Source of the DNA: Chloroflexota bacterium
GTDB taxonomy: Bacteria > Chloroflexota > UBA11872 > VXOZ01
Reading direction: 5' to 3'
Length of the DNA stretch: 64,000 bases
Assembly (NCBI GenBank): GCA_963662335.2
Contig: CAXXVD010000005.1
Coordinates: 448,001-512,000, forward strand
Shown here: positions 1-8,959 of the stretch, piece after piece
Position numbering within the stretch: position 1 is the stretch's first letter
Layout: each line of letters begins with the position of its first letter
The notes under the pieces: model-generated
Databases searched by the model: none
What the model was told of the DNA's origin: nothing
The model's input: only the letters and a program-made list of their open reading frames with translations
Made by a program: the position numbers and the translations under genes

Positions 1-1
1 C

Positions 2-2554
2 GGTCACGCCCGGCGGCAAGTCCAGGGCGTCGATCTTCGCCTGAATCTGCTCGCCAATCACCTGCGTGTCATCCACGGTGAGGTCGCCGCTGATGCTCGC
101 CGAGCGCAGGCCGTCGGTGCGGGTGATGGTCACCGGCCCCGGCGCCACCCGCACGGTGGCGATCTCGCTCAGCGGCGCAACCCCCGCCGGGCCGGCGATC
201 ATGAGCGCGCTAATTGTCTCGACGCTATTGATCCCCCTTGCGGCCCCGCTCAAGACTACGTCCACCGGACTGCCGCCCAACTCGACCTGCGTCACCGTCT
301 GCCCCACCAGAAACTGGTTGATCTGAAAGGCGACGGTCTGGGCGCTCAGGCCCAGCGCCGCGGCCCGCTCCGGATCGACCTCCACGACCACCTCGTCCCG
401 CGCCTCGCTCACGTCGCTCCTGACGTCCTCGACGCCGTCGATTGTTGCCAATTCGGCCTCGAGCGCGAGCGCGATGGGCGCAATGTCGCCGTAGTTGTTG
501 CCCGTGATGCTAATCTCCAGCCCCGCCGCCGGGGGGCCGCCGCCTACGTCGTTGATGCTGATGCGGCGATCATCCGTGCTTGGCAGCCGTTCACGCAAAT
601 ACCCCAATATGTCCTCGGGCGCGTCCTCCTTCAGGCTGATGAACACTGCGGCCTGGTTGAAGCTCGCCGCGAAACTCTGACCGCCGGAGCGGTTGGTCGC
701 GCCCACGGTGCTGTCGTAGACGTCGGCTACTGGCGCGATTTCGCTCTCTATGTCGCTGACCGCGGCCAGGGTAGCCTCAGGCGGCGTGCCCGGCGGCAGC
801 ACCATGTTGATCGTGACGAATTCCGTATCGCCGGCAGAGAAGAGATTGATCGGAATGAAGCGCAAGAGACCCAGACTGCCGACGGCAATCACGATGGCGG
901 CCAACAGCGTGAGCGCCTTGTGCCTCAGCGACCAGCGCAGCATGGGCACGTAGATGCGCTGCATCCACGTCTCCGTCTCCGGGATTTCCTCTCCCTCGCC
1001 CACGCCCTCCGGCAGGTCTCCCGGCCGGAGCAGATACGCGCCCAGCACGGGCACGGCGGTAAGCGAGACCACCAGGGAGGCGATCAACGCAAAGCTGACC
1101 GCCAACGCGAACGGAAAGAAGAACGCCCCCACGAGACCTTGTATGAAAGCCAGCGGCGCGAACACGACAATCGTCGCCAACGTGGAGGCCGTGATGGCGG
1201 GGCCCACTTCCACCGTCGCTTCCAGCGCGGCGCGCCAGCGGTCCCGGCCGACCTCGATGTTGCGGTAGACGTTTTCCAACACGACGATGCTGTCGTCTAC
1301 CACCCTGCCGACCGAAATCGCCAGGCCGCCCAACGTCATGAAGTTCAGCGCAAGCCCCTGCCAACTCATGAGCAACACGGCGGTGAAGATGCTGAGCGGG
1401 ATCGAAAGCACGATCACCAGTGTGGGCCGCAGCGTGCGAAACACACCCCGCAACACGCTGGGGCGCACGGTGAGGAAGAACAGGAAGACCACAATCGAGG
1501 CGAAGCTCAGGCCCAACACCGCTTCGCGCTCCAGCGTGTCGATCTGGGCCTGGATCTGGGGGCCGTCGTTGTAGACGATCACCACGTCCACGTCCGGCGG
1601 CAGGATGTCCAGGTTCGCCACCGCTTCTTCAACGGCGGTCGTCACGTCGATGGTGTTCGCGTCCGGGTCCTTGAATAGGGAGACGTTGATGCTGGGCTTG
1701 CCGTTGGTGCGGGAGATGCTGCGCGCCAGGCCCGCGCCCAGCCGCACGTCCGCCACGTCGGCCAGCCGCACCGGCGGCTGCGGTCCGGCAGCCTGCGCCG
1801 GCGGTCCCGTGAAACCGCGCGGAATCACCAACTCTCGCAATTCATCCAACGACTCCAGCCTGTGCGTGGTCTTTACCGGCAGCACCTGGCCGCCGCTCGT
1901 TATCGCCCCGCCGGGAAACGTGATGTTGTTCTCCCGCAGCGCCTGCGAGACCTGGAAGAGCGACACGCCCCGCTCCAACAAGAGGTCCGGGTCTACCGTG
2001 ATGAGAATGCGCTGTTCGACGTCGCCGGTAACTTCTATATTCGCGATGCCGTCGATGCCGGTGAGTTCCGGCAAGATGCCGGTCTCGAGGATCTCTTGCA
2101 ACTCGACGATTTCACGCTCACCGGAAACGCTGAGGCGAATTACCGGGAAAGAATCCGGGTTGATGCGGCCGACGATCGGCTGGTTGACGCCGTCCGGGAA
2201 GCGCAGTCCACTCACCCTGGAGTTGATGATGTTCTCCACTTCCTCCATGTCCGTGCCAAACTCGAACGTGGCGATGATGACGGACTGGTTCTCGGTGGAG
2301 ATTGACTGCATGGTGTCCAGGCCGTCGATGCCCGCGACCGCGTTCTCCACCGGCACGGTGACGTTTTCGGCAACCGACTCCGGATTGGATGAGGGATAGA
2401 ACGTCGTAACCGTAACCAGCGGAAACTCCACCTCCGGGAAGAGCTCCACCGGCAGGCGGCCATAGGTGAATATGCCCGACGCCAGCACGAGAATGACGGC
2501 AAGGACCGTAACGGAACGGCGGCGCAAGGCGAGATTGGTGATGAACGCGATCAA
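2..2554 (-). CDS. Efflux RND transporter permease, AcrB/AcrD/AcrF family (3' part runs off the window start)
   Basis: Manual minus-strand translation from TTG at 2554 (GGAGG RBS upstream): MIAFITNLALRRRSVTVLAVILVLASGIFTYGRLPVELFPEVEFPLVTVTTFYP..., later LAISVGRVVDDSIVVLENVYR (RND TM4 DD motif). Absent from the ORF track because it has no stop inside the window. Confidence 0.93.
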   Translation of the reverse strand, partial: MIAFITNLALRRRSVTVLAVILVLASGIFTYGRLPVELFPEVEFPLVTVTTFYPSSNPESVAENVTVPVENAVAGIDGLDTMQSISTENQSVIIATFEFGTDMEEVENIINSRVSGLRFPDGVNQPIVGRINPDSFPVIRLSVSGEREIVELQEILETGILPELTGIDGIANIEVTGDVEQRILITVDPDLLLERGVSLFQVSQALRENNITFPGGAITSGGQVLPVKTTHRLESLDELRELVIPRGFTGPPAQAAGPQPPVRLADVADVRLGAGLARSISRTNGKPSINVSLFKDPDANTIDVTTAVEEAVANLDILPPDVDVVIVYNDGPQIQAQIDTLEREAVLGLSFASIVVFLFFLTVRPSVLRGVFRTLRPTLVIVLSIPLSIFTAVLLMSWQGLALNFMTLGGLAISVGRVVDDSIVVLENVYRNIEVGRDRWRAALEATVEVGPAITASTLATIVVFAPLAFIQGLVGAFFFPFALAVSFALIASLVVSLTAVPVLGAYLLRPGDLPEGVGEGEEIPETETWMQRIYVPMLRWSLRHKALTLLAAIVIAVGSLGLLRFIPINLFSAGDTEFVTINMVLPPGTPPEATLAAVSDIESEIAPVADVYDSTVGATNRSGGQSFAASFNQAAVFISLKEDAPEDILGYLRERLPSTDDRRISINDVGGGPPAAGLEISITGNNYGDIAPIALALEAELATIDGVEDVRSDVSEARDEVVVEVDPERAAALGLSAQTVAFQINQFLVGQTVTQVELGGSPVDVVLSGAARGINSVETISALMIAGPAGVAPLSEIATVRVAPGPVTITRTDGLRSASISGDLTVDDTQVIGEQIQAKIDALDLPPGVT

Positions 2555-2857
2555 GATAACCTCCACACGGTGTGTTGGATTAATGTGCTCTTACTTCTAG
2601 TATACTCAACAATTCGCTTCTCGTGTGGCTTTCGCTATCGAGATTTCCCATTTCGGCGAACGCGCGGCGGGCCGGGAGCGCGGAGACGGCGGGCGCGGTG
2701 CTTGCGTCCGGCGGCGAGCGGCGAATGTCTAACGGTGTGGGCAACGAACGCGACTCATGCGAATGGACGCGCGACGCGGCGCGGGAATCGGTGGCGTTGC
2801 GGCCCGCGCGGAATGGCTCTATGTAGTGACCGGCTGCGCTGGAGGAGCGCGATACGC

Positions 2858-3631
2858 ATGAAGATTCTCTTGGACCCTGGACACGGCGGACGGGACCCCG
2901 GCGCGGTGGGCGCATTGCCCGGCGTCGAATCGGCGCAGCGCCTGCACGAGAAGGACGTTACGCTGGCGGTAGCGCGCCAGGCCGCCAAGCTGCTGCGAGA
3001 ACGCGGCTACACCGTGCTGCTGACCCGCGAGACCGACGAGTACGTGCCCTTGCACGCCCGCACCGGCCTGGCGCTGGCGGAGCAGGCGGACGCCTACCTC
3101 AGTATCCACGCCAACGCCGGCGGCGGCACGGGCTGCGAGGTCTGGTACCAGGAAGGGGACGATTCGTCGCGGGCCTTTGCCGCGGCCCTGGAAAAGGGCA
3201 TCCAAGACGTGGACGTGGTGCCCAACCGCGGCCTGAAAGCCGGCAGCGCCGCCACCCGCACCAACTGGTACACCTTCTCGCAACTGGCCAACGACGCGCT
3301 GCTGGAACTGGCCTTTCTCGACCACCCGCACGACGCGCGGCAGCTTGCGCAACACGCCGACCGCTTCGCCGAGGGCATCGCGAACGCCATCGAGGCGCAC
3401 CTGCCGCTGGTGGAGAAAGAGTATGCCGATTGGCAGACCGAGAAGCGGCAAATCATCGCCCAGCGGGACGCCATGCTTGCCGAAATCTACGCGGAACTGA
3501 TGGCCGACCGCACCGACCTGGCCTACGCCATTCGCCTGGCCAACGGCGGCGAGAACCCCGACGACCTGGGCGGCATGACCCGCGCCGAACGGCTGCGGGA
3601 ACTGAACGAGAAGTGGGCCGGGAAGATCTGA
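2858..3631 (+). CDS. N-acetylmuramoyl-L-alanine amidase (Amidase_3), no signal peptide, helical C-terminal extension
   Basis: MKILLDPGHGG, HEKDVTL, YLSIHAN and LLELAF retain the Zn ligands and catalytic Glu; GGAGG upstream of ATG 2858. Confidence 0.9.
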   Translation: MKILLDPGHGGRDPGAVGALPGVESAQRLHEKDVTLAVARQAAKLLRERGYTVLLTRETDEYVPLHARTGLALAEQADAYLSIHANAGGGTGCEVWYQEGDDSSRAFAAALEKGIQDVDVVPNRGLKAGSAATRTNWYTFSQLANDALLELAFLDHPHDARQLAQHADRFAEGIANAIEAHLPLVEKEYADWQTEKRQIIAQRDAMLAEIYAELMADRTDLAYAIRLANGGENPDDLGGMTRAERLRELNEKWAGKI

Positions 3632-3720
3632 GAGCGCCCCGAGACATCCATGCACGTCCGGCGCGCGGGCCGCGCCGGACACAACCTGTCGCGCCACATC
3701 CGACAGAGAGGAGAGAAGAC

Positions 3721-3990
3721 ATGACTGGTTTCGAATTGGCCGGCCTGGGCAGCATCACCGTGGGCGTACGCATCGTGGTTTCCGCCCTCAAGCACGCCGG
3801 GCTGCCCAAGCGCTACGCGCCGATTACGGCGGTGATTCTCGGCGCTATCGCCGGCACTATCGGCGGCAACCTCACCGGCGCGGAGTGGTTCACCAGCCTC
3901 GTGCTGGGCATTCTCGCCGGCGGGTCCGCCGTGGGCCTCTACGAAATCGGCCGCCACGCCACCAATCGCAACGCCAACCCACAGCCGTAG
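3721..3990 (+). CDS. Holin-like small membrane protein (89 aa)
   Basis: Three short hydrophobic segments, LKHAGLPKRYAPITAVILG...GILAGGSAVGLYE pattern and polar C-tail typical of phage holins; directly downstream of the amidase; purine-rich RBS before ATG 3721. Confidence 0.72.
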   Translation: MTGFELAGLGSITVGVRIVVSALKHAGLPKRYAPITAVILGAIAGTIGGNLTGAEWFTSLVLGILAGGSAVGLYEIGRHATNRNANPQP

Positions 3991-4179
3991 GGGCAGGCCT
4001 TGTGCCTGCCCCCGTTGCGCCTGCGCCTTGTGCCCGCCCATGTATTCACCGTAGGGGCAGCGCCTTGTGCCTGCCCTCCGTAGGGCCAGTCCCTTGTGCC
4101 TGCCCCGTTTCTGCCGTAGGGGCAGCGCCTTGTGCCTGCCCACGTAGCCACCGTAGGGGCAGCGCCTCGCGCCTGCCCC
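3987..4179 (+). repeat. Cluster of 5 GTAG-type REP-like palindromes (GTAGGGGCAG.CCTTGTGCCTGCCC)
   Basis: Copies start at about 3987, 4051, 4080, 4116 and 4153, plus a partial copy near 4023. Confidence 0.9.
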
Positions 4180-4202
4180 GAAACGACCCGGCACGCACAC
4201 AA

Positions 4203-4240
4203 AAGGCTTAGGGGCACGACATGTCGTGCCCCTAAGCCTT
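4203..4240. terminator. 38-bp perfect palindrome, probable terminator / REP-derived hairpin
   Basis: AAGGCTTAGGGGCACGACATGTCGTGCCCCTAAGCCTT downstream of amidase-holin. Confidence 0.6.
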
Positions 4241-4344
4241 CGTGGTGGATATTCGCGTCCCGCAGTCGCCTCAACGATGTTCACAAAGTTGATAGGTCAC
4301 ACGCGCATTAGTATTGTCAAGAGCATCTTTGCTGTTGAGACTGC

Positions 4345-4359
4345 CATAGTGCTACTATG
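4345..4359 (+). promoter_or_regulatory. Inverted repeat overlapping an extended -10; putative TA autoregulatory operator
   Basis: CATAGT-GCT-ACTATG contains TGcTACTAT, about 30 bp upstream of the antitoxin ATG. Confidence 0.5.
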
Positions 4360-4391
4360 TAGTTGGATAGATTGACGTGCTATGAGCCATC

Positions 4392-4643
4392 ATGCGAAAA
4401 ATTCGAGCGACAGAATCAAAGGCGCATCTCGCCGCTCTCCTGCGCAACGTCGAGCGTGGCGAAACCGTCGCCATCACGCGCCATGGCAATACGATTGCCC
4501 ATCTTGTACCTGCCCATGCGCAAGACTCTGAATTGCGGCGGGCCGCCGTGGCGCGCTTCCGGCAGCGCCGGCTGCGGTGGCGGCGCGCAGCGATGACCAC
4601 ACAAGAAATACTGGATGCCCGGCATGAGGGTCATCGTTCGTGA
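4392..4643 (+). CDS. Type II toxin-antitoxin antitoxin, Phd/YefM family
   Basis: MRKIRATESKAHLAALLRNVERGETVAITRHGNTIAHLVP is the prevent-host-death N-terminal fold; ends in ...EILDARHEGHR like VapB partners. Confidence 0.9.
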   Translation: MRKIRATESKAHLAALLRNVERGETVAITRHGNTIAHLVPAHAQDSELRRAAVARFRQRRLRWRRAAMTTQEILDARHEGHRS

Positions 4644-4702
4644 GCGTCCTCCTTTTCAATTCGTCCGCGGCCGCGGCCGGCACTTCAAGGCAGAGACCAT
4701 AA
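4640..4702 (+). pseudogene. Possible 5' remnant of a VapC/PIN toxin
   Basis: GTGA overlap with the antitoxin stop; reads VSVLLFNSSAAAAGTSRQRP*, resembling the PIN beta1 hhhD[AST]S motif but with Asn and an early stop. Confidence 0.4.
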
Positions 4703-4802
4703 CGCTAGTTGACCCCGACTCCAGTGCCAAAGCGATGGAAAACCGCGGGGGAGCGCCGTTTTGGCCAAAGTCGCGGGCTTCATCTCGCGAACGGAGCGCA
4801 CA

Positions 4803-6668
4803 ATGGTAGAAAAGCATCGCCGGCGATCCTTCTTCCAACGCGTGCCGGAAACGTTGCAGCTATGCCGCCTGGCCGTATGGCTGGCGTGGCGGGCGCATCC
4901 GCCGCTGGCCGTCCTCACGTTGCTGCTGCTCGTGCTGCAAGCGGCGCTGCCGCCGGTGCAACTCCTGTTCTCCCAGGCCCTGGTGGAGCGGCTCACGTTC
5001 GACCTCGGCTTGACCGCGCAGATCCCGGATCTGGCGCGCCGGCTGCCCTTGGCCGCCTGGATTGGGCTCGCGGCCGGAGCGGTGGCGCTCGTCCAATTCA
5101 TCCAACCGCTTTCCGCCACGCTGCAATCCATCGCCAGCGATCGCATTACGGGTTTCGCGGCCGGCGAACTCATGCGCACCGCCAACCGCTGGCAGGGGCT
5201 GGCGCGGTTCGAGAACCCGGCAATTGCCGACGACCTGGCCCACGCCCGCCGCTACGTGCGCGGCAGCGGCATAACGATCATGAATTACGGCACCCGCGCC
5301 GCGCTCGCCGTGTTCACCGCCGCCGGCGCGGCGCTGGTGTTGGCAACGCTTCACCCACTCGCGCCGCTCCTGCTGGCGCTCTGCACGCTGCCCGCCCTCG
5401 CCCAACGGTGGGACTATGGCGACCGCATGGGCAGCCACCTCTACATGCAATCGCCGCAGGCGCGCCAACTCCAGTACTACCGCGACATGATGCTCACGCC
5501 TGAACCCGCCAAGGACGTGCGCTTCTACCACTTGAACGAGTTCTTCACCCGGCGCTACGCGGCAATCTTCGACCGCGTGATGACCGAACTTGACCGTCTG
5601 CGCCGCGCGCTCGTGCCGCGCGTCACCCTGGCCGGCTTGCTCGCGGCCTTGGCCGTTGGCGGCGTCTGGCTCTGGCTCGCCTGGCGCATCTATCTCGGTG
5701 AAGAGACGCTGGGCGCGTTCGTGCTCTACGGCGGCGCGGCGGCTCTTTTCCACCAGCAACTCCTGGCAATTGGCCTCGACCTGGGCTTCTTCCCCCTGGC
5801 CTTTGGCGCGTTGCGTCCGTTCCTGCGGATGCTGGAAGCGCCGCCGGACCTGCCCGCGCCAAGCCGGCCGCAACCGGCCCCGCGCCCCATACACCGCGGT
5901 ATCGTCTGCGAGGGCGTGCGCTTCGCCTATCCGGGCAGCGACGCGCCGGTGCTGGAGGATGTCTCGTTCCACCTGGAGCCCGGCCAATCCACGGCGCTTG
6001 TGGGCCGCAACGGGGCCGGCAAGACCACGCTGATCAAGCTGCTGCTGCGCTTCTACGACCCCACGGCGGGGCGCATCCTGCTCGACGGCGTCGACCTGCG
6101 AGAATACGACCTGGCCGACCTGCGCCGCGAGATGGGCGTGATTTTCCAGGATTTCGTCCGCTACGAACTCACCGCCGGCGAGAATATCGGCCTGGGAGAG
6201 GTAGACGCGCTCCACGACGCCGCGCGCGTAGAGGCCGCCGCCGCCCGCTCCGGCGCGGACGCGGTCGTCAGCCGCCTGCCGCAGGGACTTGACACCCAAG
6301 TAGGCCGGCAGTTCGGCGGGCGCGAACTCTCCGGCGGCGAGTGGCAGCGGCTGGCGCTGGCGCGCGGGTTCATGCGCGACGCCGCCCTCATCGTGCTGGA
6401 CGAACCCACCGCTTCTCTGGACGTGGAAACCGAGTATGCGGTCTACCGGCAATTCCACGACCTCACGCGAGACAAGATTACGGTTCTCATCAGCCACCGC
6501 TTCTCCACGGTGCGCATGGCCGACCGCATCCTGTATCTGGCCGATGGGCGCATTGCCGAAGCGGGCAGCCACGAGGAACTCATCGCCCAGGACGGCGAGT
6601 ACGCCCGCCTCTATCGGATGCAGGCCGAACAGTACGCCGCAGCAGCGCAAAAGGAAGACACCGCGTGA
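4803..6668 (+). CDS. ABC exporter, fused TMD + ATPase (subunit 1)
   Basis: Walker A GRNGAGKT, signature ELSGGEWQR, VLDEPT, ISHR; N-terminal hydrophobic helices. Confidence 0.93.
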   Translation: MVEKHRRRSFFQRVPETLQLCRLAVWLAWRAHPPLAVLTLLLLVLQAALPPVQLLFSQALVERLTFDLGLTAQIPDLARRLPLAAWIGLAAGAVALVQFIQPLSATLQSIASDRITGFAAGELMRTANRWQGLARFENPAIADDLAHARRYVRGSGITIMNYGTRAALAVFTAAGAALVLATLHPLAPLLLALCTLPALAQRWDYGDRMGSHLYMQSPQARQLQYYRDMMLTPEPAKDVRFYHLNEFFTRRYAAIFDRVMTELDRLRRALVPRVTLAGLLAALAVGGVWLWLAWRIYLGEETLGAFVLYGGAAALFHQQLLAIGLDLGFFPLAFGALRPFLRMLEAPPDLPAPSRPQPAPRPIHRGIVCEGVRFAYPGSDAPVLEDVSFHLEPGQSTALVGRNGAGKTTLIKLLLRFYDPTAGRILLDGVDLREYDLADLRREMGVIFQDFVRYELTAGENIGLGEVDALHDAARVEAAAARSGADAVVSRLPQGLDTQVGRQFGGRELSGGEWQRLALARGFMRDAALIVLDEPTASLDVETEYAVYRQFHDLTRDKITVLISHRFSTVRMADRILYLADGRIAEAGSHEELIAQDGEYARLYRMQAEQYAAAAQKEDTA

Positions 6669-6693
6669 ACATGCTGCAAAGAATGGCGCTCGT

Positions 6694-8589
6694 ATGAACA
6701 CGCTGCTGAGGAAACTACGGCAATTCTGCACCGCCCTCTTCTCCCTCTCCCGCTGGGAGAGGACCAGGGTGAGGGTCGGCAAGCAACTTCAGGACGTCCG
6801 GTCAACCACCGTGCTCCTGGCGCGGGGCCTGGCCATGGTGCTGTCGCCGGCGCCGGGCGTGGCGGCCCTCTACCTCTCGTTGGGGCTCCTGACCGCGGTC
6901 TTGCCCGTGGCGCAGGTGTGGGTGGGCAAAGTGCTGCTGGACCAGCTTGCCCTGGCAGTGGGCGGCGCCGCGATCGCGCTCTCCGCCGTCTTGCTGATCG
7001 CCGCGCTCTATGCGTTGACGATGGCCGCGCAGTCGGCGCTGGAGCCCGTGCAGGAAGCGCTCACCGCCTCGCTGCAAGACCGGGCGGTGGGCGGATTCGA
7101 CCGCCGCCTCCTGGCCGCCGGCGGCCGCCTGGTCGATCTCTACCAGGTTGAGCGCCCGTCATTTCAGGACAAACTCGAGCACGTCACCCTCGGCAGCCAC
7201 GTCATTCCCGGTCTGGCGCCGCTGCTGCAAAGCGGCCTGCGCCCCACCCTGACGTTGCTGGGTTTGCTCCTCCTGCTCGTGCCGCTCCACCCGCTGATTC
7301 CCCTCGCGCTCCTGCTCGTAACCGTGCCCTATCTGCTCAGCGAGCGGCGCATGGCGGACAGCCGCCAAACGGCCCTGGCCAAGTATTCGCGCGCCGCCCG
7401 CGAAATGGACTACTACTTCCAGGTTACGACCGAACCCCAACCGGCCAAGGAAGTGCGGGTCTTTGGCCTGGGCGGCTTCTTCCTGCAACGCTTTGAGGAG
7501 CGGCGCATACAGGCCCTGCGGGAACTTGATCGGGTGCGGTTCGTCCACCTGCGCAGCAGCGGCTTCTTTGGCGCGCTCTACGCCGCGGCCCTGGGCGGCG
7601 GCTTCTGGTACGTGGCGGCCCAGGCCGGCGCGGGAAACTTGACCATTGGCGACATTGCCCTCTATCTCGGGGCAATCGTCCAGGCCGAAGCCGCGCTCCG
7701 CCTCGTGAGCGTCTGGTCCGGCCGGTTCTACGCAATCACCCTGCGGCTGGAGACGATCTTCAACTTCCTCGACCACAGCCGGCCGCAGATTGCCCTGCCC
7801 GCGCCCGCGGCGGCGCGAGACGCCCCCGCCCTGCTGCAACAGGGTATTGCGCTGCGCGACGTGACGTTCCAGTACCCCGAGGGCGATTCCGACGTGCTGC
7901 GGGCCGTCAGCGGGACGCTGCCGGCCGGCAAGGTGACGGCCCTGGTGGGCGTCAACGGCGCCGGCAAGAGCACCCTTGTCAAACTCATCACGCGCATGTA
8001 CGACCCAGTGGATGGAGATATTCTGCTGGACGGCCAGCCCTTGCATGCTTACGACTTGGAGAGCCTGCGGCAGCGCATCGCCGTGGTCTACCAGGACTTT
8101 GCCCAGTTTGCCTTGAGCCTGGGCGAGAACATCGCGGTAGGCGAGGGCGGACTGGATGCGAACGACGAGCGCATGCGCCAGGCGGCGGCGTGGGCCGGGG
8201 CCGACCAGGTGGCAGCCAGTCTAGAGAAGGGCTACGACACGCAACTCACCCGGCGTTTTGCCGGCGGCGTGGAACTCTCCGGCGGCGAGTGGCAGAAGGT
8301 GGCGCTGGCGCGGGGCTTCATGCGCGACGCCGCTTTCGTCATCCTGGACGAGCCGACCGCCGCCCTGGACGCCGAGGCCGAGTACCACCTCTTCCGACGC
8401 TTCCGCGAATTGGTCGCCGGCAAGACCGCGCTTATCATCTCCCACCGCTTCTCCACCGTGCGCATGGCGGATCACATCCTCGTCCTGGAAGACGGCGCCA
8501 TCATCGAAAGCGGCTCCCACCCGGAACTCATGGCCGCCAACGGCCGCTACGCCGCGCTCTACGACATGCAAGCGAGTTGGTACCGCTGA
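6694..8589 (+). CDS. ABC exporter, fused TMD + ATPase (subunit 2, paralogue)
   Basis: GVNGAGKS, ELSGGEWQK, ILDEPT, ISHR; start codon uncertain (ATG 6694 chosen). Confidence 0.92.
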   Translation: MNTLLRKLRQFCTALFSLSRWERTRVRVGKQLQDVRSTTVLLARGLAMVLSPAPGVAALYLSLGLLTAVLPVAQVWVGKVLLDQLALAVGGAAIALSAVLLIAALYALTMAAQSALEPVQEALTASLQDRAVGGFDRRLLAAGGRLVDLYQVERPSFQDKLEHVTLGSHVIPGLAPLLQSGLRPTLTLLGLLLLLVPLHPLIPLALLLVTVPYLLSERRMADSRQTALAKYSRAAREMDYYFQVTTEPQPAKEVRVFGLGGFFLQRFEERRIQALRELDRVRFVHLRSSGFFGALYAAALGGGFWYVAAQAGAGNLTIGDIALYLGAIVQAEAALRLVSVWSGRFYAITLRLETIFNFLDHSRPQIALPAPAAARDAPALLQQGIALRDVTFQYPEGDSDVLRAVSGTLPAGKVTALVGVNGAGKSTLVKLITRMYDPVDGDILLDGQPLHAYDLESLRQRIAVVYQDFAQFALSLGENIAVGEGGLDANDERMRQAAAWAGADQVAASLEKGYDTQLTRRFAGGVELSGGEWQKVALARGFMRDAAFVILDEPTAALDAEAEYHLFRRFRELVAGKTALIISHRFSTVRMADHILVLEDGAIIESGSHPELMAANGRYAALYDMQASWYR

Positions 8590-8663
8590 CAACTTCCTTT
8601 CTCCAATTTGCGCAGGAGCGCCCAACAGCGGGGAACAACCCGGCGCTCAACGCTCCCGGCCCT

Positions 8664-8694
8664 CTCCGGTAGCGCAGGTTTGCAACCTGCGTCC
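8664..8694 (+). repeat. GTAG-type REP-like element (CTCCGGTAGCGCAGGTTTGCAACCTGCGTCC)
   Basis: Identical copy at 27113-27143; near-identical inverted copy at 17243-17268. Confidence 0.88.
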
Positions 8695-8845
8695 GCCGGC
8701 TGCGTTGCCGCAAACTCGCTCATGCGCGCGGTAGTTGACGACCGCACCCTACCCCGACGCCCGCGCGGAGGCCGCCGGTCAAGCGTCTCGCAAAAGGCGC
8801 GACAAAATAACTTATGAAAAATACCCCCATGTACCGCGTATTCAC

Positions 8846-8899
8846 TTGACGTATCTTCATAGCACATTTTATAATCATAAAGTATCTACTTACTATGAT
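8846..8899 (+). promoter_or_regulatory. Sigma70-type promoter with downstream imperfect inverted repeat
   Basis: TTGACG (8846)-18 nt-TATAAT (8870) in an AT-rich patch; ATCATAAAGTA..TACTTACTATGAT at 8874-8899. Confidence 0.65.
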
Positions 8900-8959
8900 G
8901 GATTGTGCGCTTGGCAATGCGCGAGCGCGCTGAGTTGAAAGCCATTGGCGGGAGCACAC

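Noticed and set aside
3987-4179. CRISPR-like array
   Set aside because: Irregular spacing (about 3-39 nt), degenerate units and GTAG heads indicate a REP cluster.
2570-4700. Intact prophage
   Set aside because: Only amidase, holin and antitoxin; no integrase, att site, structural or replication genes.
4860-6782. Long antisense ORFs (also 10617-12596, 28684-30198, 35555-37786, 38392-40113, 53396-54904)
   Set aside because: Shadows of real high-GC genes on the opposite strand, with no motifs of their own.
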